A stretch of DNA of 60,476 nucleotides from Nitriliruptorales bacterium (GCA_046263195.1 JBHELG010000050.1:1-60476); one strand, 5' to 3'; positions 49,068 to 58,910 are shown, numbered from the stretch's first letter. The notes: a model not told the origin generated them from the letters alone. Made by a program: numbers and translations.

Positions 49068-50081
49068 TCAGAGGTAGGGCCGGAAACGGCGCCAACGAGT
49101 GTCGAGGCGCCACAGCCCCGCCTGCCGGGCCGCAGCCTCGACCTCGTGGAACTCGCGCGATGTGATGCCGCGATTGATCTCTTCATAACGGTCGGTGGAG
49201 GTCACCTTCCACTCAGGCCGGTACTGGTCCATGAGGTTGAAATAGAGGTTGGTCGAGAGGCCGGCAAGAAAGCGCGTGATCGCGCGGGCATCGTCGACCA
49301 TCCCGGGCATGACGAGGTGGCGGACGATGACTCCTCGTAGTGCCAGCCCCTGCTCGTCGACGACGAGATCATCGACCTGAGCTTGCATCGCGGACACGAT
49401 CTCGCTGGCCACCTCTGGATAGTCGCGCACGCCGAGATAGCGGTGGCAGTGCTCGGGATTCCACAGCTTGAGGTCGGGCATGTAGACGTCGACGATGCCG
49501 TCGAGCAGTTCGATGCTGTCGATGCTGTCGTAGGCGCTCGTGTTGTACACGAAGGGCACGCGCAGCCCCCTCTCGACGGCGAGGGGCAGCGCTTCGAGTA
49601 CCTGAGGGACGACGTGCTCGGGGGTGACGATATTGATGTTGTGGCAGCCCCTCGCCTGGAGATCGAGCATGAGCTCCGCCAGCTCCCGAGGTGGAACCTC
49701 GCGTCCCACGGGGCGCTGACTGATGTCGCCGTTCTGGCAGAACACGCAGCGAAGATTGCAGCCGGCCATGAAGATGGTGCCTGAGCCGCGCCAGCCACGG
49801 AGGACGTCCTCCTCACCGAAGTGGGGGAAGGCGCTGGCCACCCGTGCGTAACGACCGATGCGGCAGGCACCGAGCTTGTCCGCGAGCCGGTCCACATCCT
49901 TGCACGGCCGCGGGCAGACCCGGCATGGGGTGAGCAGATCGCGTGCCTGCTCGGCCCGCTGCTGGAGTTTCCCCTGCGCGTAGGCCTCGACATAGGCCGG
50001 GACGTATTCCGCGCGTGGGCGTACGAAGCGTCCCTCGCCGTGCACCGCGACGGGCCCACTCCAGCTCGAGACGTCGACCAT
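49068..50081 (-). CDS. Radical SAM protein, PflX-like
   Basis: CRVCPRPC, PHFGEE, GCNLRCVFCQN, HNINIVTP, YMPDLK, VRHLVMPG, MDQYRP. Confidence 0.9.
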   Translation of the reverse strand: MVDVSSWSGPVAVHGEGRFVRPRAEYVPAYVEAYAQGKLQQRAEQARDLLTPCRVCPRPCKDVDRLADKLGACRIGRYARVASAFPHFGEEDVLRGWRGSGTIFMAGCNLRCVFCQNGDISQRPVGREVPPRELAELMLDLQARGCHNINIVTPEHVVPQVLEALPLAVERGLRVPFVYNTSAYDSIDSIELLDGIVDVYMPDLKLWNPEHCHRYLGVRDYPEVASEIVSAMQAQVDDLVVDEQGLALRGVIVRHLVMPGMVDDARAITRFLAGLSTNLYFNLMDQYRPEWKVTSTDRYEEINRGITSREFHEVEAAARQAGLWRLDTRWRRFRPYL

Positions 50082-50165
50082 CCTGCTTCCCTCGCTTCGC
50101 TGCGCAAACGCTACAAGGAAAGCGCTCGTGGTTCGTTGACGAGGGGGAAGGGGTGCCCGAGGCGA

Positions 50166-51092
50166 TCAGGGTTGACTACCGTCGCCGGACATCCGTTCCA
50201 GCCCCTCCTCGTCAAGTCGCTGCGCGAGCCGGCTCCATGCCGCCAGCGCCTCGTCGTCGCCGTGGGCCTCAAGCTCGCTGAACCGCGCCCCACGCCGGAA
50301 CCCCGCCCGCCACACGAGCTCGCCGTCGCCGGTGACCCTCACCCGGGTCCCACCGCTGCTGCCACGCTCCACCCGGTGCCCGGAGAGCTGGTCCGGCTCG
50401 AAGCCGAGCATGTCTTCCCACACCCCCACGTATTCGCTTCCGATCTCGGCGGGCTCGTCGAACACGAGCGTCCAGGTCCCCGAGCCTGGCATGGCCGTGA
50501 CAACCTCGATGCGCATCGGGTGGGGCATGAGATCGCGGCCCTGGCGGGCGGCGGCGTCGAGCACGAACTCGACCACGAGCTGAACCGTCTCCTCGTGCCG
50601 GTCGACCAGATTGCCGAGGATCTCGCGGATGTCCTGCCGGTGGGCGTAGTGGTGAGCCATCCAGCGACGGGCCGCCTCGGCCAGGGTCTCCGCCTCCCCA
50701 CTCGGGGTCATGACGGGCCACTCCCAGTCGTCCTGACGCGCCTGCGTCAGGGTCTTCTGGAGGCGGTCCATCGACTCCTCGTAGGTGGCGAGCGCCTCAT
50801 CAGGGTCGACGTCCTCCTCCACCGTCGAGTGCTCGCGCGGATCGTCCGTGGCGTAGAAGAGGGGCTCGTCCGTGTGCTCGTAGTGCTCCTCCCAGGCCTC
50901 GGCGACCCGGTCTGCCTCCTTGCACAGGTGCGAGACGACGTCCAGAATCGTCGTATCTCCGTACACGGTCTTTAGGCTCCACTGCTCCTCGTTGAGCGAC
51001 CGGAGGTCGCGCGCAAGATTGCGGGCTTCGCGCTGCAGCAACTCTGCGGCCTGGGGACCGAGCAGGCTGGCAGCCCTGGGCATGTCGCTCAT
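50166..51092 (-). CDS. DinB/maleylpyruvate-isomerase N-terminal superfamily protein
   Basis: EEQWS..T...TILDVVSHL and H..AHRQDI metal-binding pattern; acidic. Confidence 0.65.
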   Translation of the reverse strand: MSDMPRAASLLGPQAAELLQREARNLARDLRSLNEEQWSLKTVYGDTTILDVVSHLCKEADRVAEAWEEHYEHTDEPLFYATDDPREHSTVEEDVDPDEALATYEESMDRLQKTLTQARQDDWEWPVMTPSGEAETLAEAARRWMAHHYAHRQDIREILGNLVDRHEETVQLVVEFVLDAAARQGRDLMPHPMRIEVVTAMPGSGTWTLVFDEPAEIGSEYVGVWEDMLGFEPDQLSGHRVERGSSGGTRVRVTGDGELVWRAGFRRGARFSELEAHGDDEALAAWSRLAQRLDEEGLERMSGDGSQP

Positions 51093-51414
51093 ATCAAGCC
51101 CCTGTGATCGACCATAATCACTCAACCATTGCCCATGGCTGGATTGGTCGTGACGACATTCCACTGCCGATTGGGCAGGGGCAGACCGTAGCCGTACACC
51201 CACTTTCACCCCCGGCACCCGGGTCGGTGCCGTCGTTACGCGAAGCTCGCACCGCTCAGGCCGCTCACCTCACCTGGTCAGCGTCGAATATCGCCCGCGG
51301 CCTTGTCGTACCAGTCGTTTCAGCGACTCATACGGTCGCGGGAGTAACTGACCGTTGGGACGCTGGGCTGTGAGCCGACCCCCTTGGCAGGCTCCGCAGG
51401 AACGGGAGGCCCAC

Positions 51415-51561
51415 GTGGAGATAGTCGTCGTCCTGCTCATAGTCCTCCTCCTGCTCGCCGCGCTGCCGGCCTGGCCCTACAGCAGGGGTTGGGGCTACTA
51501 CCCCTTCGGCGGGCTGCTGACGCTTGCCCTCGTCCTCCTCATCCTCTTCTACCTTCTGTGA
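51415..51561 (+). CDS. DUF3309 family small membrane protein
   Basis: LLAALPAWPYSRGWGYYP.GG; SD GGAGG before GTG. Confidence 0.88.
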   Translation: MEIVVVLLIVLLLLAALPAWPYSRGWGYYPFGGLLTLALVLLILFYLL

Positions 51562-51619
51562 GGGAGCCTCCCTCCCCTCGTCACACGCCGGTTGTGCGTT
51601 GCCCGCCTTTCCCTCCCCA

Positions 51620-51784
51620 CCTCGTCGTCTTGCCCCCACCTTGCCGTCTGAACCCTGGTCGTCCGCCCCTCGCAGCGACAGCCGGCTAGGACTCCCCCTA
51701 CACTGACGAAACGTCGACTCCGTCATGTCCGCTTGCCGCGTCGAGGTCGCCGACGCTCCTCCTCCGGCTCGCACAGGAGGAGCG
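51620..51784. promoter_or_regulatory. Structured leader of the GDT1 gene: yybP-ykoY-like motifs on the opposite strand plus an SD-sequestering hairpin
   Basis: GTCTTGCC (51627-51634) and GGCTAGGACTCCCC (51684-51697) are reverse complements of GGCAAGAC and GGGGAGT..TAGCC. 10-bp stem 51754-51763/51775-51784 covers AGGAGG. Confidence 0.5.
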
Positions 51785-51788
51785 GTGA

Positions 51789-52352
51789 ATGGGGGCGACC
51801 CTCATCGCCTTCGGGGTGATCTTTCTTGCCGAGCTCGGCGACAAGAGTCAGCTCATTGCACTCGTGTTCGCCGCACGCCTCCGCCTGATCCCCGTCCTCA
51901 TCGGCATAGCGACCGCGAGTGTGCTCGTGCAGGGCCTGTGGGTGGCGGCCGGAAGCTTCGTGCGCGTGTCACTGCCCACGACCGTCATAAACGTCAGTGC
52001 AGGAGCGGTTTTCCTGGCGTTCGCCGTGTGGACTCTCGTCGGTGGCGGCGAGGACAGCACTGCGGTGGAAGGCAACGGACGTGGGTGGGCCGTAGCAAGG
52101 GTGACGACGGCGTTCGTGTTCGCCGAGATCGGAGACAAGACGATGCTCGCCACCGTTGCTCTCGCCGCCCGTGACGGGGCGCTCGCCACCTGGATCGGGG
52201 CGAGCTTGGGGATGGTGACGGCGAACGGTCTGGCCGTGGCGCTGGGACGCAGGATCGGGGAACTCGCCCCTCGACGCGTCGTTCATCTCGTTGCCAGCGC
52301 TATCTTCGCGGCGTTCGGGATCATCCTGCTGGTACAGGGTCTCGTCGAATGA
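51789..52352 (+). CDS. TMEM165/GDT1 (UPF0016) Mn2+/Ca2+ transporter
   Basis: Two signature motifs, ELGDKSQ and EIGDKTM. Confidence 0.93.
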   Translation: MGATLIAFGVIFLAELGDKSQLIALVFAARLRLIPVLIGIATASVLVQGLWVAAGSFVRVSLPTTVINVSAGAVFLAFAVWTLVGGGEDSTAVEGNGRGWAVARVTTAFVFAEIGDKTMLATVALAARDGALATWIGASLGMVTANGLAVALGRRIGELAPRRVVHLVASAIFAAFGIILLVQGLVE

Positions 52353-52402
52353 CGAACCGCAATGACGCGCCGGGCCAGGGGCCAAAGGATTCCAGCGGAC
52401 GG

Positions 52403-52987
52403 TCAGAGGATCCCTAGTCGGGCGGCTTCCGCGACAGCCCCCGCCCGATTGCGCGCGCCCAGCTTGTCGTACAGCTCCTGCGCGTACGCCTTCACCGTGC
52501 GTTCCGTCACACCGAGCTGTTCGCCGATCTCGCTGTTCGTCAGCCCTTCGCCCATGAGCTCGAGTACCTGCTGCTGGCGGGGCGACAGCTTCGGGCCTGC
52601 AGGAGGCTCGGGGATCTCGAGCACCATGGTCATCTCGTCGTTCTTTGCCATGGCGCTGGGATCCTCGAACAGGAACTCGACAGGACCCAAGGAGATGACA
52701 TCGCCGTGGTGGAGCACGCACGGCCCCGTCAACTGCTGGCCGTTCACGCTCGTCCCTGCGCTGCTGCCGAGGTCCGTGAGAACGTAGGCACCCGCCTCCT
52801 TGCGGATGGCGGCATGAAGACGTGAGACACAAGGGTCAGGCACGACATAGGTATTGCCGTGTCGGCGACCAATCGTGCCGTCTTCTCCTTCCAGACGGAA
52901 CACGAGCCCACTGAAACTTCCATTGCGGGCCGTCAAGCTCGGCAAAGGAACGACTTTGCGGGCCTTCTGAATGGTACGCCCCTCCAT
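52403..52987 (-). CDS. FHA domain plus LuxR-type HTH regulator
   Basis: TIGR, VSRLHA, DLGSSAGTSVNG (FHA); LSPRQQQVLELMGEGLTNSEIG..LGVTERTVK (LuxR). Confidence 0.88.
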   Translation of the reverse strand: MEGRTIQKARKVVPLPSLTARNGSFSGLVFRLEGEDGTIGRRHGNTYVVPDPCVSRLHAAIRKEAGAYVLTDLGSSAGTSVNGQQLTGPCVLHHGDVISLGPVEFLFEDPSAMAKNDEMTMVLEIPEPPAGPKLSPRQQQVLELMGEGLTNSEIGEQLGVTERTVKAYAQELYDKLGARNRAGAVAEAARLGIL

Positions 52988-53146
52988 TGTTCTCCCACCC
53001 GTGGGTTTCTACGGCCAGCACAACCTTGCAGGAGCCCTCGGCGCCAATCCGAAGGATCATGACCCTTTGGTCACCTTCGCGTCGATTTAGCACACCATTG
53101 AGCAGCACCTGCTGAAAATCGCGCCCCGCAATCATACTGCGACCAG

Positions 53147-54394
53147 TCATGCTCCGACCGGCTTCTCCTTGGGATGCTCAGCGAAGAAGCGCACGAGTTG
53201 CGCCGAAGCGTCAGGACCCTGAGGGTCGGTGTAGGAGCCGGCTGAACTGCCCCCGGACCAGGCGTGGCCCGCGTCATGGACGATCCACAGTTCCATGCTC
53301 GGCTTGCCAACGCCGTCATGGAAGGAGAAGCGAGTGTACTCGCGGCCGCTGACAACCTGCCCTCGTTCCACCCTGGGTTCGCGCTTTTGGCTCGCGGGCT
53401 TGTGCTGATTATTGCTTGCCGCTCGACTCCAGTCGTCGAGTATGCAGTCAGCGTTGACCCTGTCTACGACGTGATCTCCATCCCCATGGAACACGATCAG
53501 CGGGATGACGTCGCTCGTCGCCAGGGCACGATGGGGCTTCCCCTGTTTCATGGCGGCGAATGCGGAGGGGAGATCGTGGGCGGCGCCGTAGGCGAGGCCA
53601 GAATGCACGCCAACCGCCGCGTAGAGGTCCGCGTACGTGGAGGCCATGATCATGGCCATCGCGCCTCCTGCGGAGAAGCCGGCGACATAGACGCGCCTGG
53701 CGTCGACTTCAAAGTCGGACATGATCTTCCGCGTGATGCCCGCGATGAGGGAAGGCTCGCCGGCAGCGCGATCCTGGTTGGCCGCCTGGAACCAGTTCCA
53801 GCACCTCGCCGCATTGGCAGACGCTGGCTGCTCCGGGTAGGCAACCAGGAACGTGTTGCGTTCCGCGAACTCGTTCATCCGGGTGCCGGCCGCAAAGTCG
53901 ACAGCCGACTGCGTGCCCCCATGCAGCATGATGATCAGGGGCACAGCGTGTCCGGTGTAGCCACTGGGAACGTAGAGCTTGTAGCCACGGGTGCCGTACA
54001 CATTCGTGTAGGAGGCAGTAACGAACAGCCCTCCGACCTCAGCCGCGGCTGACTCCAAGTCAGGTGGCGTTGGGCTCGTACTGGTGAGGCATCGCTCCAG
54101 CGCAGAGGAACGGAGGCCCGCAGCGGCGACGCGACGAAGTAGCCCGGGGGCAGCGATGTCTCCTGCCTCCTGCTCCCTGCGCGGCCGAATGGTCGGCTCA
54201 GCCAGTGGGTAGGTCGTGGATGGTCGCGTATTCGCCTGGCGCAGGTTCTCGACAAGTTGAGGTCCTGGGAGGGACAGATCAGACTTCCGCGAGTTGTCGA
54301 GTCTTCTCTGGATCAATGCGGTCGCTTCGGTGAGTCGTCCCGCAACCGTGAGGCGCGTCGCCTCGCTCATCGCGGAGTGCATGTCTTCATTCAT
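53147..54394 (-). CDS. PHB depolymerase family esterase
   Basis: YKLYVPSG, MLHGGTQ, FAAGTRMN, CWNWF, AGFSAGGAM, FHGDGD, GHAWSGG. Confidence 0.9.
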   Translation of the reverse strand: MNEDMHSAMSEATRLTVAGRLTEATALIQRRLDNSRKSDLSLPGPQLVENLRQANTRPSTTYPLAEPTIRPRREQEAGDIAAPGLLRRVAAAGLRSSALERCLTSTSPTPPDLESAAAEVGGLFVTASYTNVYGTRGYKLYVPSGYTGHAVPLIIMLHGGTQSAVDFAAGTRMNEFAERNTFLVAYPEQPASANAARCWNWFQAANQDRAAGEPSLIAGITRKIMSDFEVDARRVYVAGFSAGGAMAMIMASTYADLYAAVGVHSGLAYGAAHDLPSAFAAMKQGKPHRALATSDVIPLIVFHGDGDHVVDRVNADCILDDWSRAASNNQHKPASQKREPRVERGQVVSGREYTRFSFHDGVGKPSMELWIVHDAGHAWSGGSSAGSYTDPQGPDASAQLVRFFAEHPKEKPVGA

Positions 54395-54469
54395 CACGAG
54401 TTCTCCCTTCTTGTCGTTGCTCGCGTCGCCGTACCCGAGGTCGGGCATGCGAGTTCTTCCAGTCGCTGC

Positions 54470-54865
54470 TCACACGATTCTGTCCGCCAGGGCTGCCCTT
54501 ACGGCGGGGCTTGCCCGGAAAGCACCAAGGACCTCGACCACGTCGATGGTGGCCAGGGCAAGCTCTGCAGGAACGTCTTCGGCGATACTCGCCAACCCGA
54601 GGACGCGGATCTGGAGCTTGTCACCCGTCGCACGGACTGCCTCCAGTTCCTCGCGCGTGAAATGCTGCACGCCCAGGACAAGCGTCTTGCGTGCCACCGT
54701 TTGCTTGACCGCTTCGGCGTGGCTGCGAATCTGGTTGCGGATGGCTGTGCGGATGAAGTCGGTGCGGTTGGCGTAGAAGCCTTCGAGCACCAGCAGATCG
54801 ATCTGTCCCAGATCTACCGGCCCCAGGTTGACCGTGACCTTCTCGGTCTTATCGCCTTCAGCCAT
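54470..54865 (-). CDS. CopG/RHH family transcriptional regulator
   Basis: EKVTVNLGPVDLGQIDLLV.EGFYANRTDFIRTAIRNQ. Confidence 0.88.
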   Translation of the reverse strand: MAEGDKTEKVTVNLGPVDLGQIDLLVLEGFYANRTDFIRTAIRNQIRSHAEAVKQTVARKTLVLGVQHFTREELEAVRATGDKLQIRVLGLASIAEDVPAELALATIDVVEVLGAFRASPAVRAALADRIV

Positions 54866-54897
54866 CGCGGCTCGTACCCCTCCTCTAACATCCACTC

Positions 54898-54939
54898 ACC
54901 ATCCGGTGGGATGGTAGAGGGAAGGAAGTGCGCAGTCAA
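54898..54939 (-). promoter_or_regulatory. SigA promoter with overlapping palindromic operator
   Basis: TTGACT (54939-54934)-17 nt-TACCAT (54916-54911); palindrome ACCATCC-N4-GGATGGT at 54898-54915. Confidence 0.7.
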
Positions 54940-55164
54940 AGGAACAGCGCGTTGGCTCGAAGAGGATCCGGAGGGTCGAGGGCGGGCCTCGTCAACCATG
55001 ATGGACCTGCACACGTCGCCACCCCTCCCGGTCGAGGAGCAGGACGGTCGGGAATGCTCCCATGAGGCGGGCGCTGGTCGACCCCGTGCGGCTCGTGCCC
55101 GTGTAGCTCCCCCACGGACCGCGCCGTCGCTGCCGTGCCTACCGGGTGCTCCCTCGGCTCGGGG

Positions 55165-56385
55165 CTAGAAGAGGCGGACGCTCAACAGCTTCTCTTGAGT
55201 ACTGTCAGGGTCGTCCGTGGCATCCCAGTCCAATACGCCCTTCTCCTTCAGGGTCGCGGCGACGCCAGAGGGACCGATGGCCGGGTTGGCCGACTTGTAC
55301 AGGGCTGCGGCTCCTGCCACATGCGGAGCTGCCATCGACGTACCATTGAGAGTCCTGTAACCCCCGTCCTTGTAGGTTGAGTAAATGCAGACGCCAGGTG
55401 CGATCAGATCGATATCAGCCCCGTAGTTGGAAAAACTTGCCATGGTGTCGTCTTGGTCGGAGCGACAGGTTGGCTGACCGAGTCCACCAGGTAGGCCGTC
55501 GAAGTCCGCCAATGCCGAGACCGAGATAACCTCGTCGAACGCTGCCGGTACATGACGGCGGACATCTGTAGCGCTGTTGCCGGCCGCAACCACGTAGGTC
55601 ACGCCTGCAGCGACAGAATTGCAAATGGCGTCATGAAAGGCATCGCCAGTCGCACATCCGGCACCAGGTGGTTCCGTACCGTTGCTGCCAAGACTCATGT
55701 TGGCCACCTCGATCGTCGAAGCGTTGGCCGTCACCCAGTCGATACCGCAGAGAATGCTCGCCTCGGTACCGGACCCCGAGTTGTTCAGGACCCGGACCGC
55801 CCACAGCCTGGCTCCGGGGGCGACTCCCACGACCCCGTCAGCGTTGTCCTTGGCAGCGATGACCCCTGCCACATGGGTGCCGTGGCCGCTGCCATCGTCG
55901 TAGCTGTCGCCTGTCGAGCAATTCTTGCCGCCTACCACGTTGAGGTCCGGATGGTCGATGTCGATGCCGGTGTCGATCACCGCCACGTCCACGTCGACGC
56001 TGCCCGATCCGTTGCCGGAGATCGTGGTGCTCAAATCGCCCTCCACACGGTTGACGCCGGTCGGGAGCGTCTGGGCCTTGGCGCTGACTTTGCGGTCCTT
56101 CCTGACCGAGGCGACCTCGGGGTCAGAGCGCACCTCGTCCACCTTCTGCTTGGGGATACGCGCTGAGTAGCCTCGAAGAGCGTGGCGGTAGACGAATCCG
56201 ACCTTCAGTTGGTACTTCTCCGCATGCTGTTTCGCCACCGAGTCGACACGTTTCTTGTGGGCATCAAGCAGAACGATGTAGTTGCTTGACTGCTGTACCT
56301 GAGCCGCCATTGAAGCGACTCCAGGGAGCGCTAGAAGCGCAATAAGCACAAAGCAAAGACGGATTCGCGATCTTGTTGCACCCAT
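55165..56385 (-). CDS. Secreted subtilisin-like S8 serine protease with I9 propeptide
   Basis: Signal peptide, YIVLL...YRHALRGYS propeptide, IDTG, HGTHVAG, AAGN, GTSMAAPHVAG. Confidence 0.95.
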   Translation of the reverse strand: MGATRSRIRLCFVLIALLALPGVASMAAQVQQSSNYIVLLDAHKKRVDSVAKQHAEKYQLKVGFVYRHALRGYSARIPKQKVDEVRSDPEVASVRKDRKVSAKAQTLPTGVNRVEGDLSTTISGNGSGSVDVDVAVIDTGIDIDHPDLNVVGGKNCSTGDSYDDGSGHGTHVAGVIAAKDNADGVVGVAPGARLWAVRVLNNSGSGTEASILCGIDWVTANASTIEVANMSLGSNGTEPPGAGCATGDAFHDAICNSVAAGVTYVVAAGNSATDVRRHVPAAFDEVISVSALADFDGLPGGLGQPTCRSDQDDTMASFSNYGADIDLIAPGVCIYSTYKDGGYRTLNGTSMAAPHVAGAAALYKSANPAIGPSGVAATLKEKGVLDWDATDDPDSTQEKLLSVRLF

Positions 56386-56853
56386 GATTCTGCGACACCT
56401 CTTGCTTTTGATCCTCTGCTGTACCTATGGCCCCTCCCTATGGCAGCTGGAAGGAACTTCCAAAGGGTACTTTTCGAACAGATCGGGTTGCAACCCCGTA
56501 CTTTCAATCACCGTCCGGAGTACAGAGGACCTCGTGGCGCCCTTTCCTCGGCTTCCTCGTGCCCACGGGAGACGCGACCGGTGGCTTCTTCGCAGGTATA
56601 CAGCTGGCATACGGCTGGTACGGAGTGGCGCATCACCCGGAGTCGGCGAGGGAGCAGGGGCAGACCGAAGGCCCGGAGCGAGCCGCCGTCTTCCTGATCG
56701 CCCGGGAGTGAGCTCTGACAGGCTCCGCAGACCCGGTGTTTTTTTGCTTCAGCGCCGGGAATCAACCGCCGTTCAGGGGCCCGAGGGCAGCGATGCCCAG
56801 GTACGCTCGCCCCTCGCCTCACGCGTCGCGGCCTCGGAGGACTCATCCAGGTG

Positions 56854-58074
56854 ATGCCACGGTATGACGTCGCCATTGTGGGCGGCGGGCTCGTCGGTTT
56901 GGCGGTCGCCTACCAGCTGTTGCGACGCTCACCGGGCCTCGCCATAGCCGTGATCGAGAAGGAAACGGAACTGGCCCACCACCAGAGCGGCCACAACTCC
57001 GGCGTCCTCCATGCGGGCCTCTACTACCAACCCGGCTCCCTTCGAGCGCGCCTCTGCGTCGAGGGAAAGGAAGAGCTCGAAGCCTTTGCGCTCGACCACG
57101 ACATTCCCTTCCGGAGGCTGGGAAAGCTCGTGGTGGCCCTCGATGCCCGCGACCTCCCTCGGCTCGAGGAACTGCGACGACGGGGACGAGCCAACGGCGT
57201 GCCCGGGTTGCGGGAGATCGGCCCCGAGGAGATGAGGGCGATCGAGCCTCACGTGGTGGGCATACGGGCACTGCACGTCCCGGGCACGGGCGTCATCGAC
57301 TTCGCCAAGGTGGCGCAGACGATTGCCGACGAGATCCGGTCCGCGGGCGGCGAGCTGCTCCTCGGTCAGGAAGTCGTGGGGATCCAGGGCGGAACAGGGG
57401 TCTCGGAGCTGCTCACGCGTCAAGGAGAGATACGCGCTCGACACGCGGTCACCTGTGCCGGATTGCACGCCGATCGCGTGACCGAGTTGAGCGGCCGTAA
57501 GCCAAAGGCGGGCATCGTGCCCTTCCGCGGCGACTACTACAGCTTCCGTCCGCCGGCGCGTGGCCTCGTGCGCGGGCTCGTCTACCCCGTACCCGACCCG
57601 GCTTTTCCCTTTCTCGGCGTGCACTTCACCCGGACCATCAGGGACCAGGTCCTGGCCGGGCCGAACGCGGTGCTCGCGTTGGCGCGGGAGGGCTACCGCC
57701 GACGGGACCTCGACCTCCGCGATCTCCGGGAGACGCTCGGCCACCCGGGCTTCCGGCGCCTCGCCCGCCGTCACTGGCGCTACGGGACGGCGGAGCTTTG
57801 GCGGGATCTCGTGAAGTCCTCGTTCCTGCGTAGCTGTCGCCGCTACCTCCCGGAGCTGCAGAGCAGCGACCTCGTTTTCGGCCCGTCCGGCGTGCGCGCT
57901 CAGGCTGTGGCCGAGGACGGCTCGCTCGTCGACGACTTCCTGATGGACGAAACCGAGACGGAAACGCACGTGCAGAACGCGCCTTCGCCGGCGGCGACCG
58001 CCTCACTCGCGATCGGGCGGGTCATATCGGAGCGGGTCCTCGGGCGGCTGAATGGCCGGCTCCCGGCTGGTTGA
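56854..58074 (+). CDS. lhgO: L-2-hydroxyglutarate oxidase
   Basis: VGGGLVG, HQSGHNSGVLHAGLYY.PGSL, PFRGDYY, YPVPDP.FPFLGVH, GVRAQA, NAPSPAAT. Confidence 0.92.
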   Translation: MPRYDVAIVGGGLVGLAVAYQLLRRSPGLAIAVIEKETELAHHQSGHNSGVLHAGLYYQPGSLRARLCVEGKEELEAFALDHDIPFRRLGKLVVALDARDLPRLEELRRRGRANGVPGLREIGPEEMRAIEPHVVGIRALHVPGTGVIDFAKVAQTIADEIRSAGGELLLGQEVVGIQGGTGVSELLTRQGEIRARHAVTCAGLHADRVTELSGRKPKAGIVPFRGDYYSFRPPARGLVRGLVYPVPDPAFPFLGVHFTRTIRDQVLAGPNAVLALAREGYRRRDLDLRDLRETLGHPGFRRLARRHWRYGTAELWRDLVKSSFLRSCRRYLPELQSSDLVFGPSGVRAQAVAEDGSLVDDFLMDETETETHVQNAPSPAATASLAIGRVISERVLGRLNGRLPAG

Positions 58075-58085
58075 GCGCAGTGAGC

Positions 58086-58910
58086 CTAGGTCGGGCCGGT
58101 TATGGCCAGCAGCTGCTCGAGGAAGCGGCGGACCTCATCGGTGTCCGCAAGCGAATACTGAGCGCTCGTCTGCCGCTCGTCGTCCTCGCCCCGGACGACG
58201 ATTGCGATGCCGCGATCGCGAATTGCTTCGAAGGCGTCCTCGTCGGTGACGTCGTCACCGACGTAGAGCGGCACAACGTCGTCTCGGTCGAGCCCGAGCG
58301 TCTCGAGGAACCACATCAGGGCCCGTCCCTTGTCCCAGTCGACATCTGGCCGCAGTTCGATGATGCGCTTGCCGCCCGTCGTGCGCAGCCTTGACTGATC
58401 CTCCGCGACCTCTTCGATCGCCGCCTCGACTTCGGGAACATCCTCGTCGTCGCACTGGCGGAAGTGGCACGCGATAGCGAAGCGCTTGCGTTCGAGACGC
58501 GCTCCCGGGATGTCGTCGAGCAGGGGGCGCAGCTTTTCCTCGGCCTCGTCGAGGGCGGGTAGGTACTCCTCCCCGTACTGGTGACGTGACCCGTCCGAGG
58601 CGACGATGTCGAAGCCGTGGCTTCCGGCATAGGCGAGCGCATCAATGCCGACCATCTGCCGCACGTCGTCGAGGTCGCGGCCGCTGATGATCACCACCCT
58701 GACCGGCTCGCTCAGCCGTTCGAGCAGATCACGGGTCTTGTCGGGCAGCGTCGCGTCCTCGGGGTTCTCCACGATCGGGGTCAGCGTCCCGTCATAGTCG
58801 ATGAAAACCACGGCCTCCTGTCCGGCGAAGCGCTCCTCGATCTCCTGCCGCCGATCGAGCGCCGAGGGCAACTCGCCGAGGGTTGGCTTTCCGTTCGTTT
58901 CCCCGCTCAC
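58086..58910 (-). CDS. otsB: Trehalose-6-phosphate phosphatase (HAD)
   Basis: FIDYDGTLTPIV, ISGR, YAGSHG, ELRPDVDWDKG, GDDVTDEDAF. Start placed at GTG 58910. Confidence 0.92.
   Translation of the reverse strand: MSGETNGKPTLGELPSALDRRQEIEERFAGQEAVVFIDYDGTLTPIVENPEDATLPDKTRDLLERLSEPVRVVIISGRDLDDVRQMVGIDALAYAGSHGFDIVASDGSRHQYGEEYLPALDEAEEKLRPLLDDIPGARLERKRFAIACHFRQCDDEDVPEVEAAIEEVAEDQSRLRTTGGKRIIELRPDVDWDKGRALMWFLETLGLDRDDVVPLYVGDDVTDEDAFEAIRDRGIAIVVRGEDDERQTSAQYSLADTDEVRRFLEQLLAITGPT

Noticed and set aside
49821-50975. Long plus-strand ORF (likewise 7675-8778, 9719-10867, 13596-14567, 56929-57969)
   Set aside because: Antisense shadows of well-supported genes, as expected in high-GC DNA.
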